Part shown: piece after piece, positions 1-14,664 of the stretch | How the letters are laid out: each line of letters starts with the position of its first letter | Position numbering within the stretch: position 1 is the first letter of the stretch | NCBI GenBank assembly: GCA_951406725.2 | Contig: OX597820.1 | Span: 67,580,001 to 67,644,000, forward strand | Source: Octopus vulgaris | Lineage: Eukaryota | Direction of reading: 5' to 3' | DNA length: 64,000 bases | Translations under genes and position numbers: made by a program | The notes under the pieces: generated by a model | Told to the model about the DNA's origin: nothing | What the model saw: the letters and a program-made list of their open reading frames with translations, nothing else | Databases searched by the model: none

Positions 1-180
1 GCATTGATACAACTACATGCTTATAACTATATCGCTATCATATTACCATTACACGTGGGAGCTTGAATGTATTGTAATCCGACACACACACACTCATTCC
101 CAAACTCCTTCACTCACCCCCCCACCCCCCACCCAACGACCCACCCCCATACACACAGTCACATTCACTTTCTCACACAG

Positions 181-280
181 ATATGCGTATATATGTATAT
201 GTATATATATATATATTATATATGTATATATATGTATATCTTATATTATATGTATGTTTGTATATATGTATATATATTTA

Positions 281-336
<56 letters not shown>

Positions 337-372
337 CATACATACACACACGCATATATATATATATATATA
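181..372. repeat. (TA)n/(TATG)n compound microsatellite, representative of dozens in the window
   Basis: Direct reading. Similar arrays at about 1900-2050 (TACA), 2230-2300 (TA), 2550-2640 and 2970-3050 (TCTA), 11300-11510, 39277-39424, 52060-52222, 56047-56350, 57762-57858. Confidence 0.97.
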
Positions 373-1524
373 CTTATCTATGTGCTTGTATGTCCGTGTT
401 CCTGTGTATGTATCCAATTATTGTATGAGTATGACTATACACACACACCACGCACATCTATATATACATACATTCACGAGCACATAAATGCGTATATCAT
501 ACACACACAGCGTACACGTGTTATGATTTTACATACACGCACACTCACATATAATATAACCATACATACTTTTATGTAATTAATTATAATATTGATGCCA
601 AATGCAATATTGGATTCTTTAGACCATTGTGAAGCCCAATAACTTTTAGAGGAGGAAATATTTCTAAATGTGACGTTCATGCATTTTCCAAAAGAATTAA
701 CAGCTCAAAGGCAGTCACATAGGTTGAACAAATTTCCAGATCTTCCCGTCCAGTGATTACCAAACGTTTTACGGCAATTTCTTATTCTTATAATATTTAT
801 ATAATGTTCAATTATCAATACTAGTTATAGAATCTATTATCATCAGGAGAAATTCTGCATTCTATATTATAACAAATAAATCCCAGGATATTTTCCTGCA
901 TTCATTATTATGTATATTTTTCGAACCCAATTTCGAATATTAATATGGCTAACCCCTCTGGTATTTGAGTTCAACATTTCGTGGAAGGGTTCTGAAATTA
1001 TATAAATGAATTGCATTGCTTATAATCAATAGGGCCAAATAACATTCTTTTGATAATTTGACACCGTAGAATATTAAATAATATTTACATCATGAAAATT
1101 TAGAAACTTCGAACGAACGTGAAATAATTTACTATATTACTCCAAGTAGATAAAACTATTGATAATAGCATGTAAATATTATTAAATAAAAGATTGCATT
1201 TTATCATTACATCAGGGAACGATAAAATACAAAGTTAACGCGGCTTTGATTTGAACTTGGGTCCGAAAATATGAAATCTAAATATCATGCATAATTCATT
1301 CAGATGGATATTTTATTGCATCAGTTAGTTTTCACCGCCCTAAACGAGGTATTATTAATAATAACACCCCCAATGTAATGAATGGAGGCGTGGCTATTAT
1401 AATAGATGGGCATAGCTTCATAGCATGAACAATATCTGGTCAGGTATTGATATGTTATTAATGTTATTAAATTTACTTCATTCTCAAATCACTCAGCAGT
1501 CCCACTGTAGAATTTTCTGCCAGT

Positions 1525-1559
<35 letters not shown>

Positions 1560-2225
1560 CATGTATGTATACATGTATACATACATATATACATACATAT
1601 ATACATAATATACATGTATACATGTATACATACATATATACATACATATATACATACATATATACATAATATACATATATTATTTTATATATTTTCTCTG
1701 CACACACACACACTCACATATATATATATACAGAAAAGAATCATCTACATATAATTTTTGTTATACATGAATACATATGTATATATATGCACATACACAT
1801 ACACCACCCGCGCAAAAAAATTACGCAAAGGCACACACATGAATCGTTTGCAATCTACCTTATTTCCTTCTTTGTCTATCTACATATCTACTTCTATACG
1901 TACATACATACATGCATACATACATACATACATACATACATGCATACATACATACATACATACATACATGCATACATACATACATACATACATACATACA
2001 TACATACATACATACATACATGCATACATGCATACATACATGCATACATATATACACAAACATGCATTTATGCAAATATACATACATGCATCCTTACATA
2101 TATACCCATAAACATCATACATGTATAATATACATGCAACAAATATAGATAATAAACGTTGTTTTTTATGGATATCTCAGTTACATGTGTACTATCTCTT
2201 TCATTGCCTTCATACACACGGCACA

Positions 2226-2302
<77 letters not shown>

Positions 2303-2382
2303 ATATCTATATCTGTCTTTCTATCTACCTATTTATCTATCTATATATATACAGATATATGTTTATATATATGAATATATAC

Positions 2383-2429
<47 letters not shown>

Positions 2430-2549
2430 CGTACACTTACCTACACGCACACACACACCCACACCTAAATCTCTATACGTAAATATAAAGAATTTCGCAT
2501 ATATCTATATATAGAGACATAAGTAGTCTCTGTGTGTATATCTATCTAC

Positions 2550-2641
<92 letters not shown>

Positions 2642-2776
2642 ATACATACATATGTACACCCCCCCACATATATTTCTAAATGGTAGATATGTAGTGTTAA
2701 CAACCTCTACAGACGATTTGTTTATAGTGATCAAACATTTTTGCGACGCGTGCCCGCCTGTGTGTAAGTGTACGAG

Positions 2777-2812
<36 letters not shown>

Positions 2813-2823
2813 TATATATATAT

Positions 2824-2882
<59 letters not shown>

Positions 2883-2969
2883 CATACATACATACATACA
2901 TATATACATACATATGTATATATACGCACAAAAACGTAAATAATCATGCATGGATATGCGTATCTATCA

Positions 2970-3050
<81 letters not shown>

Positions 3051-3559
3051 ACTATCTAACCACGCTTGTACGTGTGTGTATGCACCTATGCATGTATGTA
3101 TATATACATCAGGACGTGAACTGCGAATTTCCAATGTAAGTGATTTCTATTTTAGAAAAAGTGGGGAAGGAAAATGTTTGCGAGCAGTGCGTAAAGCCTT
3201 TGATTTTCGCAACCGCCCACCCCAACAAAAAATAAGTAACGAAAAGCAAAAAACAAATTAAGGACTAAAAAGTGAATCGAATAATATCCTGCTGGTCGGC
3301 ACTTTCTCTTCAAGGAAAAGTCATTTCCGTATGACCTTTCTTATGAACCTAGAATGCAAAGTGCACCTATCTCAGAAAAAATCCTGCAAGAAAAGTACTC
3401 TACATGACGCAAAAATATTTTACATAGATGTGTTTTTCGTCAAGAAGGGAAAGATGACAATATTAACCTGAAGTGTATCCTGTCCAGGACTTGCGACCGC
3501 TACATCACATTTTGAAGTTTATGATTTCGCAATGCAAAATATCTCAGAACCAAGACAGC

Positions 3560-4150
3560 GAAACCGTTAAAACCTTTTGATGCACTCGCAAGTGTCAACT
3601 ATAGCACTTTTCTGTGGAGGACATAACACATGTAATAAGCAGCTGCCCGAAGTGCCATCAAGGTTCTACATCCTAATGCGGCATCATGTTGTTGCTAAAA
3701 CAACGTACAATGCTACCTGTGATAAATACGAAAGTTTGCTCTATGATAAATATAAGCAACACCCCTTCTATGGAATGCACACATGTATATCAGCACAAGG
3801 AAAGCTGGCGTAACATTTCCACGAAAACTACCAAATGCAAGCATAATAGATCTGACGTAGTTATTTGGGACGACAAAGAAAAGTCATGTACAATCACAAA
3901 AATAAATTGTCCTGCTAATGTGAACATCTCTTCCAAAGTCAGCAAATAGGAGAATATTTATGGACAATTGTTTCGAAACTGACAACTGTTCGATCCTGAT
4001 TACAAATTTACATTCATACCAATAAGCATAGGAGCACTCAGTCATATTACTAAATGTATTAGCCACAATCTGGAGATGTTAAAATTTTCGAGCAAAGAAA
4101 GAGGCCAGCTAGCATAACTTTAAACAAGTCAAAGTGCCGGTTGTTCAGTA
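3560..4150 (+). mobile_element. Old decayed R4/Dong-like (REL endonuclease) non-LTR retrotransposon C-terminal fragment
   Basis: Broken frames give LMRHHVVAKTTYN (RHD-like motif), KCKHNRSDVVIWDDKEKSCTI..INCPANVNI (PD..D-like REL core) and ENIYGQLFRN*QLFDPDYKFTFIPI. Colinear with the better copy at 43750-44394. Confidence 0.75.
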
Positions 4151-4569
4151 AACCATTTTCACTCAATAACACCTGAGGTCTGGCGCATCGATATGTGCTT
4201 TTATTATTATTATTTTTTTTTCATTGAAGATACACATGCGGTGTCACGGGGCTTAGGAGTTGTTGAAGGTTATTTACTGAACCCTCATTCATCGTCTTCG
4301 ATGAGAGAATCCACCATATATATACGTACACATACATATATACACACTCACACATATGCCTAAATTCTATTGAATCCTAATACTATACATATATATTTAC
4401 ACACACACACAAACCTACTTCAAGACAAGAAAAACAGATGAGAGCAGCTACATCAAACTTCCTCATCCACTGAATGTCACATATCAGGTTTAGTGAAAGT
4501 GTAACAAGCAAACCGCGGTGCCCCAGCATGGCCGCAGTCTTCGGATTGAAACTAAAAAAGGTGGGTGTC

Positions 4570-4998
4570 ATAGGCGCAGGAGTGGCTGCATGGTAAATAG
4601 CTTGCTTACCAACCACATGGTTCCGGGTTCATCCCCACTGCGTGGCACCACGGGCAAGTGTCTTCTACTATAGCTTCGGACCGACCAACGCCTTGTGAGT
4701 GGATTTGGCAGACGGAAACTGAAAGGAGCCCGTCATATATATATATATAAGCATGTGTTAGCATGTGTATATATATGTGTGTGTGTATGATTGTGTGTAT
4801 ATGATTGTGTTTCTGTGTTTGTCCCCCAAACATCGCTTGACAACTGATGTTTACGTCCCCGTAACTTAGCAGTTCGGCAAAAGATATCGATAGAGTAAGT
4901 ACTAGGCTAACAAAGAATAAGCCTTGGGGTCGATTTGCTCGACTAAACGTGGTACCCTAGCATAGCCGCAGTCAAATGACTGAATCAAGTAAAAGAAT
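4570..4998 (+). mobile_element. tRNA-derived SINE family A, full length
   Basis: Head ataggcgcaggagtggctg..tggtaa (A box) and ccgggttcatccc (B box), CORE-like ggcacc..gggcaagtgtcttct, internal (TA)(TG) tract, tail cagcat.gccgcagtcaaatgactgaa.caagtaaaaga. Many copies in window. Extra tail fragments at about 4515-4560 and 5130-5295. Confidence 0.93.
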
Positions 4999-5054
4999 AT
5001 ATACCTACATACATATATATATATATATACATACAAAAATATATGCATACATAA

Positions 5055-5122
<68 letters not shown>

Positions 5123-5989
5123 CTTCCAGCTCCACTTGAAAACCGCTGTTGGTAATCTGACGTTTCGGTAAAAGGTCTCAATGAAGTATGTATCAGACTA
5201 TAAAAAATACTGAGGATGACTTGTTGACTAAAACTCCTTAAGGTGATGCCCTAGCATGGCCGCAGTCCAATGACTTCAGTAATAAAAAAAAAGTAAATAA
5301 AAGCTATTGCAGATTTCTAATTGGTCAAATGCAGTTCTGAGTCCATAAATGTCGCTATGCAAAACAAATTAACGAAGGCAACTGTCAAAGTTTTTTTTAC
5401 CGTCTTAAGAATCGACAGATACATGAATGGAAAACGTTGGAGGTGTACTCCTGGTCGAGCAGATATATGATCAAAAGCATTCCAGTCTTGACCATCCTGT
5501 CTTTAATTTTGTCTCTCAGTCAAAATTATTATTGCGTATGTTTTTCTAGCGCGCTGAAATTCAGTTTCAGAGATTTAATTCGATTTGACTTTTACTTTTA
5601 TTTCTAGCACACCGAAGGACCACGTGCAGCCTTCTTCGTTGCTCGCATGAAGTTATGTGTATTAGTGTGAAATGCGAGGCAGTGATAAGAAAACATATAT
5701 TCGATGTTGCCGGCAGAGCAGCGTGCCATCGGAGAATGACAGATGATGCGAGATACGTGCCTCTAACAACGTACTTAATCGCCACAAATTCTCCAACTTC
5801 CAAGTGACTATCTTTGATAAGCCACTCGTTATCATTCACTACTTACAAAATGTCACGCTTCTCACAACAAAACGTGAGCGAACCAAGCACTGGATTTTTC
5901 TTGAGATGTCTGTTCACACACACACACATGCGCGCGCACACACACACACTCACACACTCACATGTGTATCTGTATGTGCGCGCGTGGGC

Positions 5990-6032
<43 letters not shown>

Positions 6033-6033
<1 letters not shown>

Positions 6034-7110
6034 TAGCATTAAAGTCCCGTCGATGGCGGGTCATAGTGATAGTGAATGTATATATGTGTATATATATGTG
6101 TACATATTACATGTACATCTATATATATACATCTACACATAAAATACAAAATACAAAGTTATATCTTGATATCGCTAGTGATAACAATACTCAAAATATA
6201 TAACAGACTGGAATTGTTATCCCGTCTCTTGTAATTTCGATCAATTGTATCTTGTCCTCCCTCTTGTATAGAAGTGTGGCTACAATCCAGCCTACCTCTA
6301 CTTCGGGGGGAGGGGCGTTAAAATTTTTTCCGGGACGTCCTACGTCCCAGATATAAAGGTAATATTAAAATATTTCCACTTTGCAAGTTCGAGTCGAGTA
6401 CTCCCTTGCACGCTCCGTTGACTCGAACCTTGCTTCTATTGTGGCGAATTTGCCGCCTCTGATTAGATATCTTTCATGGTCGCACTAAGACACTTTTCGA
6501 AGGTGCTTTCCTCCATGTTATTTCTTTATTATTCCTTTATTTAATTATTATTACTTTATTGCTTTCCTCCATGTGTTCAAATCTTTTTTTCTCTACATTG
6601 TATACTTTATAGACAATAGTCTTTTCTTTAATTTAATTTTTTATTATCCATCTGGACTATTCCATTTCTGCACGCTAATTTTATTTTTAATTTATTACCA
6701 TTCATGTGAAACCACTTATTCAAGTTCAAATCATTGATGCAATTTTATACCAATTGCTATTTTTACTTTTGTCATGTTACTTTAGTTTGATTTTAATTAT
6801 TACTTACTACATATAATTCAATTGTTATTATTATTTTTATTGTTAAAGTGAAAGTATCTGACATAAAATAGAGAAACGTTTTTGTTTCACTTTTAACACG
6901 TAATACTGAAATAGTGGAGAAGATATGATATTGCTATGGACTCGCTCTAGGCAAGAAGTTGAACATTTTTTTGCCCATGAAACTATATGGACCCTAAGTA
7001 AGGCATGTGTAAAATTTGAATGAAATTGGTTGTGTAGTTCTCAGGTTTTAGGGAAACACATAGACAGACAGACAGACACACACACATTCTCAGTTTTATA
7101 TATATAAAGA
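6033..7110 (-). mobile_element. Non-autonomous Helitron
   Basis: Minus strand starts A|TCTTTATATATATAAAACTGAGAATG followed by a (TG)/(TCTG) tract. It ends with hairpin cccgcc-atc-gacggg about 9 nt before CTAG|T. TC..CTAG termini, A|T target and no TSD are Helitron hallmarks. Confidence 0.8.
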
Positions 7111-7118
7111 TATATATG

Positions 7119-7222
7119 AACCTGGTGCAGCTCCCTGGTTTGCACGTTCCAGTCAAACCGTCTAACCCATACCAGCACGGAAAGTGGAATTAAATGATGA
7201 TGATGATGATGATGATGATGAT
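7119..7222 (+). mobile_element. RTE-like LINE/SINE 3' tail ending in (GAT)n
   Basis: ccagtcaaaccgtctaacccataccagcacggaaagtgg..ttaaa(tga)n resembles an RTE-type 3' end with a trinucleotide tail. Family assigned by recognition only. Confidence 0.5.
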
Positions 7223-7286
7223 GTGTAACCACATGTGAATCGTTGGTGACTTTTTTCCTTTTCTCTTGGACTTTCCTCTGTCTCCT

Positions 7287-7321
7287 GTTTCTGAAGAAGA
7301 GCTTTACTCGAAACGTTAAAC
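7287..7321 (+). ncRNA. Minimal type-I hammerhead ribozyme motif in a Penelope-like terminal fragment (about 7225-7415)
   Basis: gttt-CTGAAGA-a-gag(cttta)ctc-GAAA-cg-TT-aaac: stem I gttt/aaac, stem II gag/ctc, palindromic stem III aacgtt. Confidence 0.7.
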
Positions 7322-7415
7322 CACCTTTCTTTCCTTCCCTGAGCGTCTGCTAATACATTGCATGTACCACGTCCTCACGTTGTTTTTTTCTTGTGTTTGT
7401 TCTTCGTTTTATATA

Positions 7416-7905
7416 TTGTTTTGTCTTAGTACAAAAGATGGGCTACAGCAAATATTCTGCTCAATACCACAGATTTGCTTGTCAGTTGTTTGACCATAAC
7501 CAGTTGAGCATTTCCCTTAGTGGCTGACGATATGTGCATCTCTGACCACGAGCAGAGTAGTGGGGGAGCATCATAGCCAAGTGTTGGGAGGGATTCTTTG
7601 AGGTTTGAATAATTCACCTCTGGAAACATGGGTGTTTCGTTCAACATCCTTAAGCAACCCTTATTCAGGGACCTATTGAGCGGAACGGGTTACTCGACCA
7701 GAAGAAAATTCTAACTGGGCCCCACCTGCAAGCTCATGTGCTGTTTATCTTGATATGAGATCCCCATGTCGCGCACATATGGTTGTGATGCATGTGCTTA
7801 GTGTACCCTTATCAGACGGGTAGTCATGATGGGTATACTGGGCATCGTATATTTTACCCCAGTATCACTTTGATGTCATGCACTTCTCTCTCACTCAATA
7901 ATGAT
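7416..7905 (+). mobile_element. Dispersed repeat family C, 5'-truncated copy ending in an AAT-type tail
   Basis: High similarity by eye to 13220-13710; ends ctctctcactcaataatgataataa. Confidence 0.85.
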
Positions 7906-8097
7906 AATAAATCTCAAATTTTAAAACAAACATAATTTTCTTATGTTTTCTTAAACATTCTCTAGAACAACACTATGGACAAAACCAAATATATAGCACC
8001 CTAGGCATAACACCAACATGAACTTGTTATCTCGTGAGGTCTCCTGGGTGAGACTTGGAGCCAACTTGTACAAATGCAAAGCAAAAGTCAAACATAA

Positions 8098-8209
<112 letters not shown>

Positions 8210-8234
8210 GGAAAACTGCCTTGCCAGCCCGATG

Positions 8235-9341
8235 GTTTTTCCCGTTTTCGTTTTCGTTTCGTCTTGTTCCACGTCTCTGTCCTTCTGTTGTAACAAAATG
8301 TCTTCTCCGTTTTCGTTCTGTTGATTTTTTCGTCTTCTTGTGATGTCCTGTACGTATATATATATTTATATATGCATGTATATATACATGTAGATGTCGG
8401 TACGTACATATATGTTTGTATGTATGCATATATTTTATTTATTACACTATTGTCTGACAGCGCTTCGCGTCGGGTTCGTTTGAATTTTCGATTTTTCGAA
8501 TTCTCACGTCGTTCCGTTCCCTACTCTTTGTCCGTTTTTACAGTTTACTACAATGATGCGAAACTCTCTCCCTTTGCTTGAACTCCCCCCTCTCTCTCTC
8601 TCTTGCTCTCTCTACTTCACCCTTCTCTCTAGCCTGTGCCTTCCTCTATCTGTCTCTCTCTCTCTCTCCTACTCCTCCTCACTTTCGTCACTGCTAAACC
8701 TTTTCGCCTGTTGCATTCAGGCCATAAGGTCATGTTTCCTCGCGCTCGCCAGTTACCCTCTCGTCCATGCCAGAACAAAGGCTTCCGTTCGTATTTTTCG
8801 TTTGTTCTCTTGTTTATTTTTGATTTCTCGTATTGTAATTTAATTCTCGTTATGTATTTTCGTGTACATGTATCTTTAATTTTGTATTATTTTTTTCTTG
8901 TATGTATTTTTTGTGCAGTTCTTTGTTACGTCCCTTTTTGTGTTACATTTTTTCTTGTTCGTTTACCCCTCTACGAGTTTATTTTATTTTAATTCTCTCG
9001 TAGGAAGGCCTAGCTTGACCTTACGTGTTCTGTCTCTGCCTTCGAAACACGTGTCTGCTTGCGACAGCTGATGAAGGGGATTTTTCCTTGTGTAGCATGT
9101 CCTGTACTTCGTTTTTCTGCTGCACATAATTGTTTTTCCCGTTTTCGTTTTCGTTTCGTCTTGTTCCACGTCTCTGTCCTTCTGTTGTAACAAAATGTCT
9201 TCTCCGTTTTCGTTCTGTTGATTTTTTCGTCTTCTTGTGATGTCCTGTACGTATATATATATTTATATATGCATGTATATATACATGTAGATGTCGGTAC
9301 GTACATATATGTTTGTATGTATGCATATATTTTATTTATTA

Positions 9342-9347
<6 letters not shown>
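8235..9347 (+). mobile_element. Non-coding element with 216-bp terminal direct repeats (8235-8450 = 9132-9347); putative non-autonomous Penelope-like element
   Basis: Repeats appear identical at offset 897. 3' end runs into (TA)n. Split hammerhead-like motifs lie at 9004-9105, just upstream of the second repeat. Confidence 0.65.
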
Positions 9348-9399
<52 letters not shown>

Positions 9400-9412
<13 letters not shown>

Positions 9413-9531
9413 AATTTCAACGGATTCGCCCAAATTTGATGTCGATGTTACTTAGTTTTGTTTGAAATAAAGAACTTGATTAGCTTAATAATCCTAACTT
9501 AATCCTGGGCAAAGCCGGGTTATACTGCTAG
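9400..9531 (+). mobile_element. Helitron 3' end
   Basis: Imperfect hairpin cctgggc-aaa-gccggg followed by ttatactgCTAG|T at 9528-9531. Confidence 0.6.
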
Positions 9532-10049
9532 TAAATATAATAGCTGGACAACTCAGAATTAATTGTGATGTCTTTCAAGGAGACTCATCCTCTTTGTTAT
9601 TCTGTCGCCAAGGCAAACGAAGCTAATTGAACTCACGAACTTCACAGTATGTATAATTTGGTTTTTACTGGTGCAATGTATCGCCAGTTTCCCGAGAAGT
9701 TGGTTCAATTGGCGATGTATCTTCACTACCGAATCTATCATATTGAGTTAATCTATTGGATATATTCTAAGCACGTCCAAAATGAATTCAAAGGTGTCAA
9801 ATTGTCGACTGAAGTTCAAATCCAGTCATCGCCGCTGTATTGCCTTTGTCATGCCCAATACACTTAAATTTCGGCAACTCATTCCATCACTCTGGCTTGT
9901 TCTATCTCGCTGTAAATAGTCACCATTGGGGGCAAAACTGACGGCTGTCATTAACAGAAGTACTGTATATCTAATAAGCGATTGGTTAGCTTGGCGATTT
10001 TATGTGATTTTTATGATCATTGGTGATGGCAGAGATGTTCAATTATCCT

Positions 10050-10092
<43 letters not shown>

Positions 10093-10094
10093 GT

Positions 10095-10129
<35 letters not shown>

Positions 10130-11054
10130 GAGAGAGAGAGAGAGCGAGAGAGAGAGAGGAGGTTCATTTTGTTTCAACCATTTCTATTATATTAAAACTT
10201 TTATCAAAATCTATTCGATATGAAGTTATCCAATATCTCAAATATTTTCTGCAGAAATTGTTACGATAAACAATTGGAAACTCTGTTGTTTCCAATAAGC
10301 TGGTAATAGGATTATTATAATCATATTCGTTTCCCAATTCCATTCACATTAACTTGCTTTCTCTCTATCTCACTCTCTCTTCGTCTCCTTCTCTCTTTGC
10401 CCTCCCCCCCGCTCTCTGTCAGATCACATACTCGCATACACACTCTGTGTTCAGCATCCAATCTCTTCAACAAGTCGTTATAGAACAAACTAATGATATA
10501 ATTCATTCAGTGCCGAGAGAAATGAGCAATAGCAACAATGTGTACAAATGCAAATTTGATTCTGATTCAACTCATGAGATTTTGATTAATTTCATTGTTA
10601 CTATGCTTGGAATTCATTTCTCGCTGAAAGAAAGCTTCAAGGCTGTAAAACCGCTTCAACATTTGAATTAAGGATTCCGCACCATGAATATACTTCTAGG
10701 AGCTTTTGTCAAAACAATACTACTTGCAATAAATCTTTACAATTATTCTACAGTTTACACAATGCAGATACTCAAACTCACATGCACATACATACATATA
10801 TGAATATAAATATATTTAAAAAAATACTGAATAGTGTATACTTATATTATTACATACGAATGCATATATGATTATACACACATACACGCGCAGTGCTTAT
10901 GTATACATACACACACACAGACATGCTCTGATACATACATACGTATGTGCTTGTATAAAAATTACATACTGTAATAAGAATGAGGTCATCCATCCATCCA
11001 TCCATTCGTCCAACCGTCCATTCATCCATCCATCCATCCATCCTACCTCCCAAT

Positions 11055-11106
<52 letters not shown>

Positions 11107-11159
11107 TTTTTTATTTTTTATTTTATTTATTTTTTGTTGTTCTTTTCTTCCCTTTTACG

Positions 11160-11296
11160 ATCCCTCTTGATCGAAAACCTACGCCACCCCTTTTTTTTGT
11201 TTCTTTTGTTTTTTGTTTTTTTCATCCCCCAAAAGAAAAGCTCTACCTTGTAACTTGTCCCATCTGTGTGCAGCCCTGTGTGGCCAATAAAGAAAC
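11160..11296 (+). mobile_element. LINE-like 3' UTR fragment (L1/Tx1-like) inside a (TCTA)n array
   Basis: Ends ttgtcccatctgtgtgcagccctgtgtggccaataaagaaa, similar to SINE B tail-1 and to 46389-46450 (minus). Flanked on both sides by TCTA repeats. Confidence 0.5.
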
Positions 11297-11401
<105 letters not shown>

Positions 11402-11453
11402 CTACCTACCTACCTACCTACCTACCTACCTACCTACCTACCTACCTACCTAC

Positions 11454-11511
<58 letters not shown>

Positions 11512-11785
11512 CTATGTACGGTAAAAGTAAGACAAACGCAAGAATAAATTACTAGTTCCTACTTACGTTTCCCATTGCCTTTATTTGGAACTCGGCATAA
11601 GATGCTTCAAGTGCATTTGAACGCCCAACTGTAACGGATTATTAGAGAAATAATTTATTGCATTCTGTTACAGTGATCTACTATCTGTATATATGTATGC
11701 ATATATCCGTATACAAACATATATATAAAGTGTTGGGTATACGTACCATTTGAGGGGTTTGGCGCTTCTCTGTACTATGATAATT

Positions 11786-12016
11786 GTTGTAGGTAATTTG
11801 TAATAATGATACACCCCACCAACGTGACGAGCGGAATGACTCAGTCACTATAAGTAAGGCGACGTCGGCCGATATTGGGAGAGTACGAGAGCGCATGTTA
11901 GACTGCGTTGTTAGTCGTGTCTACTGATCTAGTAGTTATACTGTGATATTGAGTTGGCGTTATAACGAGCCAACCACTTGAGGATAATAACACTGTACGA
12001 CTGGGGGTCGTACAGT
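11786..12016 (+). mobile_element. Degenerate LTR plus primer-binding site (Gypsy-like 5' remnant)
   Basis: Starts TGTTGT, TATA-like tataagta at about 11849, AATAAA at about 11986, then tgggggtcgtacag resembling the tRNA-Pro PBS TGGGGGCTCGTCCGG. CpG-richer than the background. Confidence 0.45.
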
Positions 12017-12802
12017 GCCAGATAGAAACCTTCTATCGACGACTTCGGAATATAACAAAATCTGTCAGAGCGACAACCGTCGTACAAAGACAGATGCAAC
12101 AGTGGCAAAAGACCGCTTTGTAACCCTAATCTATTGTAGATTGGTGAAATCTGGTTTTAGACCACAATTTCTTATTCAATTGAAAGTAAGCGTTGTTCTT
12201 AAAGCAGCCTCTCGCCTCCACCCAGGGCTCACAACAACCAGGTGATTCAAGAACAGTTGGCAGATATGAAGTTGAACGTCGGTTAAATTGTTTAAGAAAC
12301 TATATTAGCAGGCGTAAAAAGTGGAAACAATCAGAGGAAGTATTAGTGGCAGTGTATATTGTTGCTGTTGTTTAGTCCGAGTTCAATTCTAATAGAATAA
12401 GCCTATAGTCAAAAGCTTTCTAGCAGTGACTAACCCATCCTACTTTCAGGCATAGCATATTTAAGATTACATTATTTAAAGTCTCCTCTACTTTTTTAAA
12501 CAACCGAGCAGTGTTTCTCAAACAGTGTTCCACAATGAGCATCTCGGTGTACCGGAGATTTATAAAAGTATAATTGAAGGCTTTACAAATCTATACACTA
12601 ATGGTTGAATATTTTGAAAGAGTTTTATATTTTTCTGAGTATTTTCAGAAATCGGAAGCAAACATGCTGTAAAGAGGATATGTCATTGATGCGGTTGCGA
12701 TTGGCGATGAAAACACTTTGACAAACTTAGCTTATTAATTGGTTGACGGAACAATTAGTCAAACAATCGATTAGTCAAATGTACATGTCAACGAATTGAC
12801 AA

Positions 12803-13720
<918 letters not shown>

Positions 13721-14664
13721 ATAATAATAGTAAAGGAACTAGACCTAGTGTGTATTTATTATCGGCATAATACCCCTCCCAAAATATAGAGAAATATTGA
13801 AAGGCGTTTTATTCATAATTTGTTATACACTGTATGGGTTAATTAAACGACATAAGCAATGGTTTTTTAAAAAATATTTTTGAAAATAATTTTTCATTAC
13901 ACAGCTAATCTTAGAAAAATGAAAAGATTTTCCATTCAAAGTATACCAATAATTTCTTGCTTGATCTCCACTGTGACACAAAAGGAAAAGTGCTGAGAAT
14001 CACCGTCAGCCAAATATGTGCTAAATCTTTCAAATCTCTCAGTGATCCGAAAGAGATTGGTTCATATTTGGCTCAAGAGGCTACTTAGAGATTCTCTCGA
14101 TGATACGAGAGATATCTGCTAATAGTACACACACATGTGACATTAAATTTTCTAGAGATTATAAATTCAAAATATGAAATGTTTCTCGTATGTAAGGTCA
14201 GTTGCTCTGAAACAGGTAGTGTAAAATATATCCCCCTGCATATGGTACCACGATGTTCGAAACTAAAATTACTAGAAAAAGTCACATTTTACTTAAATAC
14301 TATTATTACCGTATTTATTCGTGTATAACTCGCACTATTTTATACTTGATTTTAGTAAAAAGAAATTGGGGTGCGACTAAAAGCATCGCTGTATGTACGC
14401 TACATACTACCAATCAGCTTACTTTTGATCGTTATCACCTAACACCATGCTTAGTTGAACTACAAACTACAACTTATTACATTTCACTAAAATTTTATTC
14501 GATTAATACTCATATATTATTGTTAACATAAATCACAACTTGTAAATAATTTACCATTGCGTATATTTGAATGTCATTGAATAATATCTCGAGACATAAG
14601 AGAGACGATGAATGTTAATTGACAAATGCAAGATTAATTAATCTCTTAATATTATGTTTGAATG

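Noticed and set aside
4570-4640. tRNA genes at SINE heads
   Set aside because: A and B boxes are present, but there is no full cloverleaf and they continue into SINE bodies.
12509-12730. hAT MITE starting cagtgtttctcaaa
   Set aside because: Right TIR is too degenerate and no TSD was found.
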